DNA from: a virus
Direction: 5' to 3' (one strand)
DNA: 6,131 nt
Virus record (IMG/VR): IMGVR_UViG_3300045988_000048
Location: 1-6,131 of that record
Of this stretch, positions 3,645 through 6,131 are shown piece after piece; position 1 is the first letter of the stretch, and each line of letters begins with the position of its first letter. A program made the position numbers and the translations under genes. The notes beneath the pieces are model-generated. The model saw nothing but the letters and a program-made list of their open reading frames with translations, made no database searches and was not told the origin of the DNA.

Positions 3645-5324
3645 ATGAAATTTTCTCCTGATTTACTGAAAGCGGCTGACCATTGTCAGTATCGTTCATT
3701 CATTACTAATCGTTACACTGGTGCACGCATTGCCGTGGATTGTGGTCAATGTGATTATTGTATTCATAAGCGTGCTCAAAAGGCGTCTATGCGCGTGAAG
3801 ACCGCTGGAAGCTCCTTTAAGTACTCTTATTTTGTGACGCTTACGTATGATAACGAACATATTCCTCTATTTGATTGCAAAGTCCTTCACAGTGAATATG
3901 AGGATGTTGTAGGTATCTCAGGAGATATTCATTTTAGTGATGAATACCATAAATATATCCCTGTTTCTGAGTATCAATGTAATGATAACTCCGTGTTGCG
4001 TCATATTTTTTTCGAACAAGTTCAAGGCTCTGTGCCATTTGACCGTGAGCTTAAGAAATATATTCCTGTTAGGGATAATTGGTTTCTTAGTATGGACGCT
4101 ATTCGTAGCTTTATCTCTAAAACACAGGCCGTTGATAAAACGGACTATCCCGCTTCTACGCAATACGGTCGTGATAATCTTATTCCCTTCCTAAATTACG
4201 TTGATGTTCAGAACTATATTAAGCGCTTACGTAAACATTTATCTTTAAAATTAGGGTCTTATGAATCGTTACATTTCTACGCTGTGGGTGAGTACGGACC
4301 CGTACACTTCCGCCCGCATTATCATCTCTTATTATTCACGAACTCGGAGAAAGTCTCAGAGGTTTTACGATACTGTCACAGTAAGAGTTGGAAGCTCGGT
4401 CGTTCAGATTTCCAACGTACCGCTGGTGGAGCTAGCTCGTACGTTGCGAGTTACGTTAACAGCCTTAGCGCTGCTCCCCTATTATATCGCTCATGCCGCT
4501 CGTTTAAGCCCCGATCGAGAGCGTCTCTCGGATTTTTTGAAAAAGGCTGTGATTTCGTTGAAGACGAAGACCCTTATGCGCAAATTGAACAGAAAATCGA
4601 TTCTGTCGTTAACGGAAGACTCTATAATTTCAACGGCATCAGTGTTCGGTCAACTCCACCCTTGTCGTATATCCGTACCTTATTGCCCCGATTCTCGTCT
4701 GCTCGCGATGACGATAGTACTGCGATTGCTCGAATTCTTTGTGCTGTGCACCGAACGCCGCAAAGAATTGCAAGATATGGATTCATTGACTATAAACAGG
4801 ATTCAGTCTTGAGTCTTGTTCGTACTTATTATCAATATCTTAAAGCTACCCCTATTCTTACTGATGATGATAAGATTATATTACATGCTTCTCGGTGCCT
4901 TACTAGGTTCTGCAACAGTTCTAGTGATGTCGATATTGAATCTTATATTAATAAGTTATATCGGCTGTTCTTATATGTCTTTAAGTTCTTCCGTAATTGG
5001 CATTTGCCTTCCTTCGGTTCTGATCTTGGTGATTACTCCAATCGTATTCGTTTTATCGTTAAAACTGGGATAGAGTATGAGAAGAAGAAAGATTATGAAG
5101 GTTTACGAAATGTATTCTACTTACGCTCCCTTAACCCAGACATATCGGATTGTATGTTTGCGTTGCCTCAGGACGGGCGCGAGATGGATGTCTTGTCGGA
5201 TATTTCACGTGAAACGGTTCATTTTCTTGAGCAACTCAGGTACCGTAGTGCAACATTTTGTCGTGACATGATTAAGCATAAGAAACTTAATGATGCTAAC
5301 AATATATTTAATCGTATGGTCTAA
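3645..5324 (+). CDS. VP4: Rolling-circle replication initiation protein (HUH endonuclease, Microviridae VP4 / phiX174 gpA family), 559 aa from the first ATG
   Basis: The tracked ORF starts at TTG 3621, and the first ATG is at 3645 (MKFSPDLL...). Motifs: Cys cluster CGQCDYC (3741-3761); RCR motif I FVTLTYD (3831-3851); HUH motif HYHLLLF (4317-4337, preceded by EYGPVHFRP); paired catalytic tyrosines YVASYVNS (Tyr codons at 4440-4442 and 4452-4454), compared with YVAKYVNK as I recall it from phiX174 gpA. Confidence 0.93.
   Translation: MKFSPDLLKAADHCQYRSFITNRYTGARIAVDCGQCDYCIHKRAQKASMRVKTAGSSFKYSYFVTLTYDNEHIPLFDCKVLHSEYEDVVGISGDIHFSDEYHKYIPVSEYQCNDNSVLRHIFFEQVQGSVPFDRELKKYIPVRDNWFLSMDAIRSFISKTQAVDKTDYPASTQYGRDNLIPFLNYVDVQNYIKRLRKHLSLKLGSYESLHFYAVGEYGPVHFRPHYHLLLFTNSEKVSEVLRYCHSKSWKLGRSDFQRTAGGASSYVASYVNSLSAAPLLYRSCRSFKPRSRASLGFFEKGCDFVEDEDPYAQIEQKIDSVVNGRLYNFNGISVRSTPPLSYIRTLLPRFSSARDDDSTAIARILCAVHRTPQRIARYGFIDYKQDSVLSLVRTYYQYLKATPILTDDDKIILHASRCLTRFCNSSSDVDIESYINKLYRLFLYVFKFFRNWHLPSFGSDLGDYSNRIRFIVKTGIEYEKKKDYEGLRNVFYLRSLNPDISDCMFALPQDGREMDVLSDISRETVHFLEQLRYRSATFCRDMIKHKKLNDANNIFNRMV
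4261..4812 (+). CDS. Candidate overprinted gene: a 183-codon basic ORF in an alternative frame inside rep
   Basis: The ATG-to-stop ORF is in a different phase from rep and is unusually long for an off-frame ORF in this stop-rich, AT-rich genome. By my count it has about 28 R+K against about 14 D+E. Over the same span, rep codon third positions change from T-dominated to mixed C/G. I recognised no motif. Confidence 0.2.
   Translation: MNRYISTLWVSTDPYTSARIIISYYSRTRRKSQRFYDTVTVRVGSSVVQISNVPLVELARTLRVTLTALALLPYYIAHAARLSPDRERLSDFLKKAVISLKTKTLMRKLNRKSILSLTEDSIISTASVFGQLHPCRISVPYCPDSRLLAMTIVLRLLEFFVLCTERRKELQDMDSLTINRIQS
4929..4965 (+). promoter_or_regulatory. Speculative (+)-strand origin candidate: a hairpin inside rep whose loop contains ATATTAATAA
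   Basis: The stem pairs CGATAT (4931-4936) with ATATCG (4958-4963) and is extended by T4930-G4964 and G4929-C4965. The 21-nt loop contains ATATTAATAA (4945-4954), which is identical to the 10 nt immediately 3' of the gpA nick site in the phiX174 origin (CAACTTG/ATATTAATAAC). Confidence 0.2.
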
Positions 5325-5342
5325 TTTAATTATTAATTAATT

Positions 5343-6131
5343 ATGAGTGATTTTAACCCATTGGATCGTGCTAAGATTCCTACTCATCGATCCTCATTTG
5401 ATTTAAGTTCGAAGAAGCTATTCTCTGCTAAGGTTGGAGAAATTCTTCCTGTTTATTGGCAAATTGCCATTCCTGGCAATAAGTATCGTATCTCTTCGGA
5501 TTGGTTTACGCGTACTGTCCCTGTTAATACGGCTGCTTATACCCGTATTAAGGAATACTATGATTTTTATGCTGTGCCGTTGCGCTTGATTTCTCGTGCG
5601 CTTCCCCAAGCATTCACTCAGATGTCTGATTATATGACTTCTGCTGCCTCTGCTGGCTCTAATTCTGCACAACTTACTAAAGTTCCATTTACCACGACTA
5701 AAACTATTAGTGATTGGATGGCTTTAGCTCCTTCTGTTCTTGATGATGCAAATATCCCGTGGTTCTATGGTGCTTGTAAATTATTGGATTATCTGAATTA
5801 TGGTTCTTTCCTTGATTCTGCTAATGCTAAGAAAGCTACTATTACTGAGGCTTATACTGGTATTAAATCTATGAATGATAATTTGAATCCATTGTTGTAT
5901 AAGAGTTCTGTGGCTGTTAATCTTCTTCCGTTGTTTACTTATCAGAAAATCTATTTTGATTTCTTTAGCAATTCTCAATGGGAGAAGCATTTAGCTTATT
6001 CTTATAATTTGGATTATTGGAGTGGCGCTCAAATTTCTGACCTTTCTCAGGAATGGTTTAAACTTCGTTATGCTAATTATCCTAAGGATATGTTTATGGG
6101 TGTACTCCCTGCTTCTCAGTATGGTTCGGTA
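5343..6131 (+). CDS. VP1: Major capsid protein (Microviridae VP1 / F-like), 5' portion. It runs off the window end and continues at nt 1 of the circular genome.
   Basis: ATG at 5343 is the first in-frame start after a TAA at 5334-5336. I translated the frame by hand and it stays open to 6131. The N-terminus MSDFNPLDRAKIPTHRSSFDLSSKKLFSAKVGEILPVYWQIAIPGNKYRISSDWFTRTVPVNTAAYTRIKEYYDFYAVPLRLI fits the conserved microvirus capsid pattern (IP.hRS.FD.S, G.L.P, PG, F.R, DFYAVP.R). The frame is continuous with ORF 19..1311 once 5766 is mapped onto 1. The ORF track omits it only because no stop falls within the window. Confidence 0.93.
   Translation, partial: MSDFNPLDRAKIPTHRSSFDLSSKKLFSAKVGEILPVYWQIAIPGNKYRISSDWFTRTVPVNTAAYTRIKEYYDFYAVPLRLISRALPQAFTQMSDYMTSAASAGSNSAQLTKVPFTTTKTISDWMALAPSVLDDANIPWFYGACKLLDYLNYGSFLDSANAKKATITEAYTGIKSMNDNLNPLLYKSSVAVNLLPLFTYQKIYFDFFSNSQWEKHLAYSYNLDYWSGAQISDLSQEWFKLRYANYPKDMFMGVLPASQYGSV
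5766..6131. repeat. Right copy of the 366-nt terminal redundancy (identical to 1..366)
   Basis: Same evidence as for the left copy. The period is 5,765 nt. Confidence 0.95.

Noticed and set aside
3937-5271. Other alternative-frame + strand ORFs inside rep: 3937..4194, 4816..5073 and 5077..5271
   Set aside because: They are short (64-85 aa). The first two have Leu/Ile/Phe-rich shadow composition, and 5077..5271 (64 aa) is too short to stand out. Unlike 4261..4812, none coincides with a change in rep codon usage.
1-6131. CRISPR arrays, rRNA genes, integrase or transposase genes, and defence systems
   Set aside because: There are no spaced direct-repeat arrays and no rRNA-like segments. There is also no room for further genes once the microvirus genes are assigned.

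Overview
The window is a wrap-around copy of one complete circular ssDNA microvirus genome (family Microviridae, gokushovirus/alpavirus-like). Nt 1-366 are repeated exactly at 5766-6131, so the unit genome is 5,765 nt and the window runs 366 nt past one genome length. All credible genes are on the + strand. The major capsid protein VP1 starts at 5343, crosses the junction and ends at 1311 (577 aa in total). It is followed by an acidic 147-aa protein (1323-1766, possibly scaffolding) and a 371-aa VP2-like minor capsid/pilot protein (1763-2878). Next comes a noncoding region of about 450 nt (2879-3324). After it lie a 64-aa ORF (3325-3519), a possible 27-aa membrane peptide (3509-3592) and a large HUH rolling-circle replication initiator, VP4 (3645-5324). 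The most unusual part is the noncoding region. Its first 180 nt (2881-3060) are about 58% G+C by hand count, in an otherwise AT-rich genome, and they fold into a dense series of hairpins. It also contains two copies of the GCGAAGC mini-hairpin heptamer, a perfect 8-bp inverted repeat with an AT-rich loop, and a hairpin plus T-tract. A Bacteroidetes-type promoter (TTTG-N19-TACCTTTG) lies just upstream of the early genes. My best reading is that this region is the complementary-strand origin and/or encodes a structured small RNA. Secondary leads are a phiX174-origin-like decamer in a hairpin loop inside rep, a 183-codon basic alternative-frame ORF inside rep, and a large insertion between Rep motif I and the HUH motif. 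I could run no database searches, so all homology statements rest on recognised motifs.
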